This document shows, one piece after another, positions 34,333 to 44,076 of a stretch of 64,000 nucleotides of DNA. A program made the position numbers and the translations under genes. The notes under the pieces are model-generated. The model did not search any database, had not been told where the DNA came from, and saw only the letters and a program-made list of their open reading frames with translations. Position 1 is the first letter of the stretch, and each line of letters opens with the position of its first letter. The stretch comes from Clostridia bacterium. GTDB lineage: Bacteria; Bacillota; Clostridia; Christensenellales; UBA3700. Location: NCBI GenBank assembly GCA_036659935.1, contig JAVXBP010000001.1:4067-68066 (forward strand). The letters run 5' to 3'.

Positions 34333-34370
34333 AAAAGTCGAGTGTCAAAAAATGGACGCTCGACTTTTTT
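34333..34370 (+). terminator. Rho-independent terminator of the rubrerythrin operon
   Basis: Stem AAAAGTCGAG / CTCGACTTTT with a 16-nt loop and a T-run. Confidence 0.7.
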
Positions 34371-34380
34371 GTCGCAACAA

Positions 34381-34550
34381 AATTATTGATATTGCAGAAG
34401 AAATGATATACGATTGATAATATATCAAAAGTAACGATATTTGATAGTTGGTATTTAACAAAATGAATGATATTTAACTGTCGATATGTTACAAAAGTAA
34501 TTATATTTAACTATTGATATTTGACGAAAGTTATGATATTATTATATATA
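34381..34550. repeat. Second array of GATAT(T)-type words (about 9 copies) plus three ATATTTAAC words
   Basis: TGATATTGC, TGATATACG, TGATAATAT, CGATATTTG, TGATATTTAAC, CGATATGTT, TGATATTTGAC, TGATATTATT. Upstream of the GH89 gene. Confidence 0.8.
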
Positions 34551-34600
34551 GAAAGTAAGAAGGTGTTTGCAGTGGATAAGCGACTGCAAAAAGGGGAAAT

Positions 34601-36787
34601 ATGAGAGTTCTTGATGACTTTGTCGCAAGAGTTTTGCCAAAATGCAAGACAAAAATAGAATTCCAAGTCGGCGGAAGCGCTGACAAAAGCAATCAAAGCG
34701 TTGTCGGAAAGTGTGGCAACAATAGCGGTCAACAAGTTGGCAAAAGTGGCGCTGGCGACAACTTTTGTGTGACTTTTGACACGGGCAAGTTGACAATCAA
34801 AGCGAATTGTATCATTGCCGCGGCGAATGGTTTGTATGATTATCTCAAAAAGTATTGCAACGTCAATCTTTCTTGGAACGGCAATCGCGAGTTGGATATT
34901 GTTGAACTTGTTCCGTTCGAGGGCGAATTTTGCAAGGTTATCGAGCAAAAATATCGCGTTTATATGAATTATTGCACGCTCAATTACAGCATGAGTTGGT
35001 GGGACTTTTCCCGTTGGGAAAAAGAGCTTGACTTTATGGCGTTGAATGGCATAAATATGCCGCTCGCGGTCATTGGGACAGAGGCGGTTTGGTACGAAAC
35101 GCTTTTGAATTTTGGCTATCCGAGCGAAAAAGCCTTGGAAACAATCTCAGGCCCTGCCTTTTGGGCGTGGCAACTTATGACAAATATTGAAGGCTATTGT
35201 CCGCCAAAAGACGTCAAATATGTCTATGATAGGCTGGAACTTGGCAAGAAAATTATCGCGCGTATGTTGGAATTTGGAATGTATCCTATTCAACAAGGCT
35301 TTTCTGGGCACGCGCCAATGAGTATGATAGAAAAATTTCCAAACGCGAAAATTTTGCCAAAACGCAAGTGGTGCAGCTTTCCGCAAACGGCGCAAATTGA
35401 CCCGCTTGACGCCCTTTTTGAGAAGTTCGGCAGGGCGTTTTTGGACAAGCAAAAGGAGCTGTTGGGCGCTTATCATTTCTATGCGACCGATCCTTTCCAC
35501 GAGTGCTCGCCGCCAAAAAATAGCATTTTCTATATGCGCAAAGTTGGCAAGGCGATTGAGAGACTTTTCTGCAATTTCGACAGCCAAGCGGTGTGGGTGA
35601 TGCAATCTTGGTCGCTGAGAAAACCAATTGTAAAGGCGGTCAAAAAAGAAAATTTGCTCATTCTTGATATAAATTCGCAAAAGTATAAGACTTGTCGCAA
35701 CTTCTGGGGATATGACTTTGTGTGCGGATATTTGCACAATTTCGGTGGCAAAAACGCCTTGCAAGGGCGAATGGAAACTTATAGCCACAACTGCTTTTCC
35801 GAGCTCAAAAAGACAAACTCAAACGTTGTCGGGGCGGGGCTTTTTATGGAAGGTATCGAACAAAATATTTATGTTTATGATATGCTTTTCGAGCTGATGA
35901 CAAAGCGTGGCGACGTCAATGTCGGCGAGTTTACAAAAAATTATATTACAAGACGATATGGAGCTTACAGCGAAAAAATTGCGCAGGCGTACAACATTTT
36001 CCTTGAGACTTGCTATAAGTCAGACGGCGACAAAGAGAACGAAGTCGGCTCGATGATTGCGGCGCGACCAAGATATTTGCCAATCAAAGCGTCGCCTTGC
36101 GACAATCTCGACAAGTTCTATGACAAAGAATATTTCCGCAAAGCGGTTATCATTTTTGCAAGTGAAAGCGCAAAATTCGGAAAGAGCGATGGCTATCAAT
36201 TTGATTTGTTAGACTTCACTCGCCAAGCGATGAGCGATTTGTTCTATATCAATCAAAACGATTACGCTCGCGCGGCTCATTCGATGAACGCGGTTGAGAT
36301 GGAAAATATCGCCACAAAGCAGTTGGAATTGCTGTCGGACGTTGACGAATTGTTGTCGCTGAGAAGTGAGACTTGTCTCTCGAAGTGGCTATATGACGCG
36401 CGCAAACTCGCCACAACTGACGATATGAAGGACTATTTTGAATACAACGCGCGACTGCTTGTAACCTTGTGGGGGGACACAAATGGCAGTTGTGATTTGC
36501 ACGATTACGCCTGGAAAGAGTGGGGCGGACTTGTCAAAGAATATTATTTGCCTCGTTGGAAAAGTTTCTATCAGGCGAGCGCCGAGAGCGTAGCAAAGGG
36601 CAGGCTTGTGCCTTTCCCGATTGACAGGTCGCACTTTGGCCGTCCAAGTTGGAGAGACGGAGAGTTCTATAACAAGTTGGCTGACTTCGAATTGGCATGG
36701 TGCAAAACTTGCTCCGATTGCGAATGTCCGCGCGACAAAGACGTCATTCCTACGGCAAAAAAAATGATAGAAAAATATTTCAAATAA
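34601..36787 (+). CDS. Alpha-N-acetylglucosaminidase (GH89, NAGLU-like)
   Basis: 728 aa. YMNYCTLNYSMSWWDFSRWEKELDFMALNGINMPLAVIGTEAVW and SGPAFWAWQLMTNIEGY are hallmark NAGLU blocks. No signal peptide. Confidence 0.85.
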   Translation: MRVLDDFVARVLPKCKTKIEFQVGGSADKSNQSVVGKCGNNSGQQVGKSGAGDNFCVTFDTGKLTIKANCIIAAANGLYDYLKKYCNVNLSWNGNRELDIVELVPFEGEFCKVIEQKYRVYMNYCTLNYSMSWWDFSRWEKELDFMALNGINMPLAVIGTEAVWYETLLNFGYPSEKALETISGPAFWAWQLMTNIEGYCPPKDVKYVYDRLELGKKIIARMLEFGMYPIQQGFSGHAPMSMIEKFPNAKILPKRKWCSFPQTAQIDPLDALFEKFGRAFLDKQKELLGAYHFYATDPFHECSPPKNSIFYMRKVGKAIERLFCNFDSQAVWVMQSWSLRKPIVKAVKKENLLILDINSQKYKTCRNFWGYDFVCGYLHNFGGKNALQGRMETYSHNCFSELKKTNSNVVGAGLFMEGIEQNIYVYDMLFELMTKRGDVNVGEFTKNYITRRYGAYSEKIAQAYNIFLETCYKSDGDKENEVGSMIAARPRYLPIKASPCDNLDKFYDKEYFRKAVIIFASESAKFGKSDGYQFDLLDFTRQAMSDLFYINQNDYARAAHSMNAVEMENIATKQLELLSDVDELLSLRSETCLSKWLYDARKLATTDDMKDYFEYNARLLVTLWGDTNGSCDLHDYAWKEWGGLVKEYYLPRWKSFYQASAESVAKGRLVPFPIDRSHFGRPSWRDGEFYNKLADFELAWCKTCSDCECPRDKDVIPTAKKMIEKYFK

Positions 36788-36904
36788 GACAAAAAACTGC
36801 GATAACTCAATACCTATCGCTCAAAATAGAAAAAGAAACATAAGAAAAAGTACAAAAAGCAACACAAAAATAACTCAAACAATTACAGCAACAAGGGGGC
36901 AATT

Positions 36905-38248
36905 ATGTCATTTTCGGTATTAGAAAAAGATTTGAAACCGCACAAGGAAATGTTCTTGTATCAACCTTTCACTCAAGAGGAGTGGGACGCTTATCCGTTT
37001 GCAAGTCAAGAAGATTTGCAATGGTTCAGAGACGCAAAATTCGGCTTGTTTCTCCACGTTGGCTTGTCCGCGCTTGGCAAAGTTGATTTGAGTTGGCCGC
37101 GTTATACTCGCGTTGCGCCCGACAGTGGGCATGGTTGGGTGCCTGACAAAATATATGACGGTTGGGCAAACAAGTTGAAATTCGCAAAATTTGACGCGTC
37201 AAAGTGGGCGAAAGTCGCGAAAGAGAGTGGTTGTAAATATGTTGTAATTATCACAAAGCATATGGAGGGCTTCCATATGTGGGACACGCAATTTTCCGAT
37301 TACAAGATTACAAATTCGCCGTTCGGCAGAGATTATCTCAAAGAAATGGTTGAAGCTTTCAGAAAAGAAGGGCTGAGAATAGGCTTATATTTTTCTAAAC
37401 GCGAGTGCAAACACCCAGATTATGAGCCACTCGAAGTGTCAAAAATTGACGTTATTCCTGACCCGCCACACTGGCGAGTGAAAGAAGGTTGCGCGCTCGA
37501 AAGGACGGAAAAACAAAAGCGATATATTCAATATCTTTTCAACGCGACGCGCGAACTTATGACAAATTATGGACAAATTGATATGTTGTGGTGGGACGCG
37601 TCTTGGTTTGGTGGAATGTTTACGGCGGATATGTGGGACTCGTTTGAGTTGGAAAGTGAGATTCGCAAGTTGCAACCGCATATAATTATCAACAATCGCG
37701 CATCGCTTGTGGGCGACTTCGACACGCCAGAATGTGAGATTGGCGCTTTCCAAAACACTCGCCCGTGGGAATCTTGCATGTGCCTTGGCAGGGCGTGGTC
37801 GTGGACTGGTGGCAGTCCGAAAAAGCGTGATTTGCTCTTGTCTCAAATGATAAATTGCGTGTGCGGAGACGGCAATTATTTGCTCAGCACAGGCTGCAAG
37901 CCGAATGGCGAACTCGGCAAACGCGACGTCAAAAGAATGAGAGAACTCGGCGATTGGCTCGAAAAATATGGCGAAAGCATTTATGGAACGCGCGGTGGAA
38001 TTTGGTCGGCGCAAGACGGAGTGTTGAGCTGCTACAAAGAAAATGCGATTTATTTGCATATTTTGCAAGACCAACATGGACGAAAAATTACGCTCGATTT
38101 GCGTGGCAACAAGATAGAAAATTATACTGTCTTGACGGGCGAAAGCGTCGATATTGATTGGACGGACGAGACGTTGAACATTGTGGCGAATGGCGACAAA
38201 AATTTTGACGTGATAGTCAAGCTTGTTTGCAAGGACAAAATAAAATGA
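36905..38248 (+). CDS. Alpha-L-fucosidase (GH29)
   Basis: WFRDAKFGLFLHVGL and KYVVIITKHMEGFHMWDT blocks. No signal peptide. Confidence 0.85.
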   Translation: MSFSVLEKDLKPHKEMFLYQPFTQEEWDAYPFASQEDLQWFRDAKFGLFLHVGLSALGKVDLSWPRYTRVAPDSGHGWVPDKIYDGWANKLKFAKFDASKWAKVAKESGCKYVVIITKHMEGFHMWDTQFSDYKITNSPFGRDYLKEMVEAFRKEGLRIGLYFSKRECKHPDYEPLEVSKIDVIPDPPHWRVKEGCALERTEKQKRYIQYLFNATRELMTNYGQIDMLWWDASWFGGMFTADMWDSFELESEIRKLQPHIIINNRASLVGDFDTPECEIGAFQNTRPWESCMCLGRAWSWTGGSPKKRDLLLSQMINCVCGDGNYLLSTGCKPNGELGKRDVKRMRELGDWLEKYGESIYGTRGGIWSAQDGVLSCYKENAIYLHILQDQHGRKITLDLRGNKIENYTVLTGESVDIDWTDETLNIVANGDKNFDVIVKLVCKDKIK

Positions 38249-38325
38249 AGTTAAATTTGCGCAAAAGAAACGCTTTTGTTGCATTTGCGCCGAAATAAAA
38301 GAAAAAATGATTGGAGGAAAAAATT

Positions 38326-38865
38326 GTGGAAGAACAAAAGAAAAACAAAATTATTGCAAAAAAGACGGTCAACATTCGCGAATTGTTCAATGCCTTTCTG
38401 GCTTTTGTGATATTGGCGCTTGTGGTGGAAGTGATAATTTTGGTCACTACAAAAATGGTAGGTTGGAATCCGACCGTAAGTGGCAGACCGTGGGTTGTGT
38501 CGGCGCACGTGCATATATTGGTGTTGGGCGCAATGTTTTCGCTTGTAATGATATTGTTGGACAAGTCAATCAATATCACCAAAGCGAAAAATTTCTATGC
38601 GTTTTTTGTCGTATACTTGGTGGGCTTTAGCTTGTTGTTGGCGTTTATTCTATACAAAGGCTTTACGCAACTGCTTGGTGGCGTCGCAATCAGCGGACTG
38701 TTGCAAGCTGGCGCGGCAGTGGCGCACGTGACTATGTTTGTCGCGTTGTTTATGTTTTGCGCAGTGTTGAAAAACGCGCTTGGAATTGTTAAAAACAACA
38801 ACAAAAGCAACAACAAAAACGACGAAAAAGTCGAAAGTGAAAGCAACGCAAGCGAAAAGAACTGA
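38326..38865 (+). CDS. Small four-helix membrane protein (DUF2871-like) with an N/K-rich tail
   Basis: GTG 38326 lies 7 nt after GGAGGA (the ORF-track TTG at 38311 overlaps the SD). Four hydrophobic segments. SAHVHILVLGAMF resembles the DUF2871 histidine motif, but the family assignment is tentative. Confidence 0.6.
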   Translation: MEEQKKNKIIAKKTVNIRELFNAFLAFVILALVVEVIILVTTKMVGWNPTVSGRPWVVSAHVHILVLGAMFSLVMILLDKSINITKAKNFYAFFVVYLVGFSLLLAFILYKGFTQLLGGVAISGLLQAGAAVAHVTMFVALFMFCAVLKNALGIVKNNNKSNNKNDEKVESESNASEKN

Positions 38866-39044
38866 ACAAAAAAGATAAAAAAAGCTGAAGAATTGAAAGA
38901 TATACAAAAAAGAAGCAAATTAAAAACAAATATGACTGAAAAACAAAAGTAAAAATGTAAAAAAACGAAGTAAAATCAAAAAGAAAAGGGCAATCAAAGA
39001 TATTAAACAAATTCAAAAAAAGAATTGAAAACAAACAAAAAGAT

Positions 39045-39076
39045 AAGGCAGGAACTTGCGTTCCTGCCTTGTTTTG
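39045..39076. terminator. Rho-independent terminator (best T-run on the minus strand, serving the oxidoreductase gene)
   Basis: 11-bp stem AAGGCAGGAAC / GTTCCTGCCTT with a TTGC loop. The minus strand continues ATCTTTTTGTTTGTTTTC. Confidence 0.75.
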
Positions 39077-39123
39077 CAATAAGGAGACAATTGTCGCGAC
39101 AAAAGTCTTGTTCCGTGAGCCGT

Positions 39124-41175
39124 TTACAACTTCATAGCGACATTCCACGCTTCCCAAATTGCCGTTCTCAGGTTGCCGACCGTCTTGCAATCTCCTACGA
39201 GTTTTGCTTTTTTGTCGTTGACGAGCGGGCTTGGGTTGTAGCCGACTGACATAATAACGCTGTCGCCTGCGATGTCGAATTTTTTGCCGTCTTTGTCCAC
39301 CGCGACGATGCCGTTTGCGGTTATTTCGTCGAGTTTTGTCTCAAGGAAAACTTGCACCTTGTTGAGCGCAAAGAAGTCGCGCAAATAAGAACTGTTGGCA
39401 AGGCACACGCCTTTGACCGCGATAAGGTCATTTTTCATTTCGACAATCGTTGGCGTTTTCCCTTTGAGAAACAAGTCGTACGCAATCTCACAGCCAGTCA
39501 AACCACCGCCGACAATGATAACATTTTTCCCGACTTTTTTCTTGCCAGAAAGATATTCGCACGCTTCGATTGACTTTTCGATGCCGTTCACGTTGAAGTG
39601 TTTTGGCGTCGCGCCCGTCGCGATAATGACTTCGTCAGCTTGCAGTTCCGCTGGCGATTTGACTTCCGAATTGAATTTTACTTCGATGCCGAGTTTTGCA
39701 ATCTCAGCGCGATACCACTCGATGAGTTGTCTATCTTTTTCTTTGAAAGACGGTGACGCCGCCGCGATAAAAATTCCGCCGAGCTTGTCAGACTTCTCAT
39801 ATATCGTCACTTTGTGACCGCGCAAGGTTGCGACACGCGCGACTTCCATACCGCCAATGCCACCGCCGATGACGGCGATATTTTTCGGTTTGGACGTTTT
39901 TGTTATGTGATATTTTTTGGTTTGCATTGTTTCTGGGTTGATTGCGCATCTCGCCATATGCATAGTGTCGCTCAAGTCCTGCTCATTTGGCACGCCTTTG
40001 TAATGCGCCATATTGAAACAGCCATTGTGGCAACAAATGCACGGCAAAATTTCGTTTTCTTTGTCTTGCATAAGTTTTGTTACCCATTGTGGGTCAGCCA
40101 AAAACTGCCGAGCAACGCCCATACCGTCGAGTTTGCCGTCCGCGATAGCTTTCGCCGCCTCGGCAGGAGTCATTCTTCCGGCGCAAACCACAGGAATGTC
40201 CACAAACTTTTTGATATGTTCGCAATCGCTCAAATTGCAGTTTTGGGGCATATACATTGGTGGGTGAGACCAATACCAAGCATCATAAGTGCCATTGTCG
40301 GCGTTGAGCATATCATAGCCGGCATCTTGCAAATATTTCGCCGCGCGTTCGCTTTCTTGCATATCGCGACCGACTTCGACAAAGTCCTCGTTTGGCATTG
40401 CGCCTTGGCGGAAGCCCTTTGTCTTGGACACAACAGAATAACGCAGTGAGACAGGGTAATCGTCGCCACAAACTTTTTTGATTTCTTTGACGATATCCGT
40501 CGGGAAGCGATAGCGATTTTCGAAAGAACCGCCATATTCGTCCGTTCTTTGGTTGGTGTATGCGGTTGTAAATTGGTCAAGCAAATAGCCTTCGTGCACC
40601 GCGTGAATCTCAACGCCGTCGACGCCAGCTTCTTTGCACATTTTTGCCGTCTCGCCAAAAGCGACAACCATTTCTTCAATTTCTTGAATGGTGAGCGGGC
40701 GAGAAGGAACTTTGTCCGACCAGCGATTTGGGTTTGCGCTTGCGCTTGCGGTCAGTCTGTCAACGTCAAAAAGCAACTTGCCGACAGCGCCAAGAACCTT
40801 GTTTTCTGTCATTTTTTCCATCAATTCGTTGACGGAAAATGCGCGCCCAAAGCCGGCGGTCAATTGAATGAACATTTTTGCGCCAGTCTTGTGGAATTCT
40901 TCCATAAAGACCTTGAGTTCTTTGAACGACTTTTTGCTTTTGTAGAGCCAGCCACCGCCCATAATATTCCTGATAGGAGCGATGCCGGGCAGAATGAGAC
41001 CGACATTGTTTTTTGCTCGCTCGAGCAGGAAGTTGGCGGCTTCCTTGTCAAAATGGTGCGGTTCCATCCACCCAAAAATGGACGTGCCACCCATTGACGT
41101 CAAAACGATACGGTTTTTTATTTCCACGTTTTTGACTTTCCATGGTGTAAACAAACTTTCATATTCTGTTTTCAT
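39124..41175 (-). CDS. Old-Yellow-Enzyme-type NADH:flavin oxidoreductase fused to an FAD/NAD(P)-binding domain (2-enoate / 2,4-dienoyl-CoA reductase family)
   Basis: True start MKTEYESLFTPWKVKNVEIKNRIVLTSMGG at 41175 after AAGGAGA. Fe-S motif CICCHNGC. GGGIGGME and GGGLTGCE dinucleotide-binding motifs. Confidence 0.85.
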   Translation of the reverse strand: MKTEYESLFTPWKVKNVEIKNRIVLTSMGGTSIFGWMEPHHFDKEAANFLLERAKNNVGLILPGIAPIRNIMGGGWLYKSKKSFKELKVFMEEFHKTGAKMFIQLTAGFGRAFSVNELMEKMTENKVLGAVGKLLFDVDRLTASASANPNRWSDKVPSRPLTIQEIEEMVVAFGETAKMCKEAGVDGVEIHAVHEGYLLDQFTTAYTNQRTDEYGGSFENRYRFPTDIVKEIKKVCGDDYPVSLRYSVVSKTKGFRQGAMPNEDFVEVGRDMQESERAAKYLQDAGYDMLNADNGTYDAWYWSHPPMYMPQNCNLSDCEHIKKFVDIPVVCAGRMTPAEAAKAIADGKLDGMGVARQFLADPQWVTKLMQDKENEILPCICCHNGCFNMAHYKGVPNEQDLSDTMHMARCAINPETMQTKKYHITKTSKPKNIAVIGGGIGGMEVARVATLRGHKVTIYEKSDKLGGIFIAAASPSFKEKDRQLIEWYRAEIAKLGIEVKFNSEVKSPAELQADEVIIATGATPKHFNVNGIEKSIEACEYLSGKKKVGKNVIIVGGGLTGCEIAYDLFLKGKTPTIVEMKNDLIAVKGVCLANSSYLRDFFALNKVQVFLETKLDEITANGIVAVDKDGKKFDIAGDSVIMSVGYNPSPLVNDKKAKLVGDCKTVGNLRTAIWEAWNVAMKL

Positions 41176-41260
41176 ACGCTTCTCCTTGTGGTTATTATAC
41201 CTATATTTTAAACTTAATCGCAATCAATGTCAATAGGCTTTTTAAAATTTGTTTAATTTT

Positions 41261-41355
41261 TAACAAAAAAAGCGCAAAATTTTAACAAAAAAGCGTGAAT
41301 TGTCAGCAAAAAAGCGCGAATATTTAATAACTTACGGCAAAAAGCAGTAAATTTT
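41261..41355. repeat. Four tandem degenerate ~22-bp units (T)AACAAAAAAGCG(C/T)(A/G)AAtt
   Basis: Units start near 41261, 41283, 41303 and 41326. Located between the spoIIR stop and the oxidoreductase start. Confidence 0.75.
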
Positions 41356-41482
41356 ATCAAAAAATTGTAAAAAAAATGCAATCAAAAATAAGCATAAATG
41401 ATATTGTAAAATATCGCATAAAAATTGAAGGGCAAAGCTGGCGCGCAAAGAAAAAGTTAAGTAATCGCGCAAGGCAACGAGA

Positions 41483-42007
41483 TTAGTCTTGGACAAACTC
41501 GTTCCACAGTTCGACAATCTTTGACTTGTAGACGACTTTTTCGCCTTCGCCGTCCGCGACAAAGCACAGCGGTGGAAAGACCACGCACCACCAATTGTCG
41601 CCAGTTCCACTGCCGAGCTCCAAGATAAGCGCGTCATAGACACCGCTTGACAAGGTCAGCTCGCCATAACTGCGCGTCGGGAACTTTTCTTGGCAAAGTT
41701 TCGCGTGGCTCGTGTAATCAAAGCCGTTGGCGGAAAGCGTCGCGTTGGCGGTTTTTTCTATCTCGCTCAAGTTGGCGTTGACAATCGCGAAAGCTTGCGC
41801 TTTTGATTGCGCGCCAGACAGTCTCGGAGAAAGCATCTCAACAATGCTTTCTTTTACTTTATATTTGACATTTTGGTCGATATCGTCGTTGCTGTTGGCG
41901 CGAATATGTATTCTGATATAGTCAGCCTTGGGCGGTTGATATTGCGCGGCGATTGCGCCGATTGAGCAAATTATCAAAAGGAAAGAAATTACTGCAAATT
42001 TTTTCAT
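41483..42007 (-). CDS. spoIIR: Stage II sporulation protein R
   Basis: True start MKKFAVISFLLII at 42007 after AAGGAG. DYIRIHIRANSNDDIDQNVKYKVKE and WWCVVFPPLCF are SpoIIR hallmarks. Confidence 0.9.
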   Translation of the reverse strand: MKKFAVISFLLIICSIGAIAAQYQPPKADYIRIHIRANSNDDIDQNVKYKVKESIVEMLSPRLSGAQSKAQAFAIVNANLSEIEKTANATLSANGFDYTSHAKLCQEKFPTRSYGELTLSSGVYDALILELGSGTGDNWWCVVFPPLCFVADGEGEKVVYKSKIVELWNEFVQD

Positions 42008-42024
42008 ACAAAACTCCTTGTCAC

Positions 42025-42235
42025 TATTGTTGACGGCGAGCGGAAAATTATTCACGCGAAAGCGATATTTGCAAAGGTCGCGAATTTTCGCGGTTTTATT
42101 GAACTGCGTTTTTTGGAATTGCGAGCGAGAAAAAAATTGTTATTGTTGACGGCGGGCGGAAAATTATTCACGAGAAAGCTATATTTGCAAAGGTCGCGAA
42201 TTTTCGCGTTTTTATTGAACTGCGTTTTTTCGAAT
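42025..42235. repeat. 95-bp direct repeat, two copies (period 116 bp, ~95% identity), immediately upstream of spoIIR
   Basis: 42025-42119 versus 42141-42235 differ at 5 positions. Each copy contains the small palindrome CGCGAATTTTCGCG. Confidence 0.95.
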
Positions 42236-42591
42236 ATGAAAAGAAAGTAAATAATAGAAAAACTTTTTAAAAACATTTTGATTTAATCTCTCAAGTGTGT
42301 TAAGATAATAATGTAATAATAAATTTTGCATTTGGCAAAGTGAAAAATCGCAAAAAAAAGGAAGTTGCAAAAGTAAAAAGCGCAAAAGACAAAAACTTAA
42401 AAAACAGTGTTTCAAAAGCAGAAAAGTTGCGAAAAGAAAACTCATCAAAAAACTTGCGAAAGTAAAAACATAAAAAAGTAAAGTTGCAAAATTAAAAAGT
42501 AACGAAAGAAAAATATAAAAAATAAAGTAGCATAAACAAAAAATTATGAAAGTGAAAACTTGCGCAAGCGAGAATTTGGAAAGGGAGAAAA

Positions 42592-44016
42592 ATGAAAAGA
42601 AAGTATTTATCCAGCGTAATATCAATCGCTGTCACGCTTTTGTTGGTGCTGACAGTTTCGTGTGGCGTATATTTTGGATATTCCGCGCTGTATGACGAGA
42701 CGCGTTCATACACTGTCGCTGACGGCGAAACGGTTAAAGTTGGAGTTTTTGGAGACTTCCAACTCCCTGCGAGTGGCGAGGACTCTTATCAACAAGAAAA
42801 ATTGCGCAAAGGTTTGCAATATTTCCGCGACGCAGAAGTTGACGTTCTTGTCAACACGGGCGACACGACCGACCTTGGCACTGTCGAGGCGTGGGAGTCT
42901 TACAAAAGGACTTACAAAAGCGTTTTTCCTAACAAAGGCCCAATCTTGTCTTACGCGATTGGCAATCACGATTATTGGCTGGGGGACTTTTTCAAAGACT
43001 TCGAGATTCCTACGCCTGCAAAAATGCAAAGACGATTCTCCAAATATACGGGCGAATTGCCTTATACGCACAAGATTGTAAATGGCTTCCATTTTATCAC
43101 GTGGAGTTCTTCCAACGGAAGTTATGACAAGTCATATCGCAATCTCGAAAAAATGAAAGAACAACTGGACAGCGCCGTTGCGAGCGACCCCAATCGACCA
43201 ATTTTTGTTACCACTCATCTTGGCGGGACAAAAACGTCTTATTGCAACGACGAGTGGGGCAACGACGACATTTTCGCCTTGCTCAAAAATTATCCGCAAG
43301 TAATCAACTTGTCAGGTCACGTGCATTCGGCTCTTGAGGACGAACGCTCAATGTGGCAGGGGGAATATACCGCGGTCAACACGCAAGCGACCGACTATAT
43401 CGAGTTGGAAAGCGGACGATACAACGAGACGATTCCGCTCAACGCTTATGGCAAAAGCATGGCGATTGACAACCCAGTCGGACTGATAATCGAAGTCAAC
43501 AAAATAGACGTAACGATAAGACGCGTTAACCTTGCGACGGGCGAAGAAACGCGCGCGCCGTGGATTGTGTCCACGCCTTTCAACAACGTTGACAACTTCC
43601 TTTACACTGACACCGTTCGCAAAGCGAGCAACAAAAAGCCGACATTTCCGCGCGTAGGTCAACTCAACGCGTCGATAGCCAACGAGAAGTCAATTGACGG
43701 CAAAGATATCAAAACGCTGACATTCAACAGCTTTGCTGACGACGACTTTGTGCACAGTTATGGCCTGCAATTTCTTGACGCGCAGGACAACGTTTTGCAG
43801 CTGTCTCCAACAACATATAATGGAGAAGCAAAAGACGGCGCAATGTGGGACAAAATGCTATATTTCAGTGACTTTTCGCTCGGAATATCGCGTATGAGCG
43901 CCCTTACAAAGCTCAGATTGCCGCCAAACATTCCAACAAATTGCGCCAAAATTGCAATAAGCGCGCTTGATTCTTTCGGCTTGGAAAGCGAGCAGTGGCT
44001 CATAGCTTTCAATTGA
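42592..44016 (+). CDS. Calcineurin-like metallophosphoesterase with an N-terminal membrane anchor
   Basis: GVFGDFQ, NTGDTTD, GNHDYW and SGHVHS metallophosphatase motifs. N-terminal hydrophobic helix. GGGAG Shine-Dalgarno. Confidence 0.85.
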   Translation: MKRKYLSSVISIAVTLLLVLTVSCGVYFGYSALYDETRSYTVADGETVKVGVFGDFQLPASGEDSYQQEKLRKGLQYFRDAEVDVLVNTGDTTDLGTVEAWESYKRTYKSVFPNKGPILSYAIGNHDYWLGDFFKDFEIPTPAKMQRRFSKYTGELPYTHKIVNGFHFITWSSSNGSYDKSYRNLEKMKEQLDSAVASDPNRPIFVTTHLGGTKTSYCNDEWGNDDIFALLKNYPQVINLSGHVHSALEDERSMWQGEYTAVNTQATDYIELESGRYNETIPLNAYGKSMAIDNPVGLIIEVNKIDVTIRRVNLATGEETRAPWIVSTPFNNVDNFLYTDTVRKASNKKPTFPRVGQLNASIANEKSIDGKDIKTLTFNSFADDDFVHSYGLQFLDAQDNVLQLSPTTYNGEAKDGAMWDKMLYFSDFSLGISRMSALTKLRLPPNIPTNCAKIAISALDSFGLESEQWLIAFN

Positions 44017-44076
44017 TAAATAAGAAAACAAAAAATATTTTGAACAAATAAGTAAACAAAAATAAGGGAGAAAAAA

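Noticed and set aside
38307-38630. Alternative-frame 107-codon ORF (MIGGKNCGRTKEKQNYCKK...) overlapping the small membrane-protein gene
   Set aside because: The other frame encodes four clean hydrophobic helices and is served by GGAGGA-N7-GTG. The ATG of this ORF sits on top of that Shine-Dalgarno.
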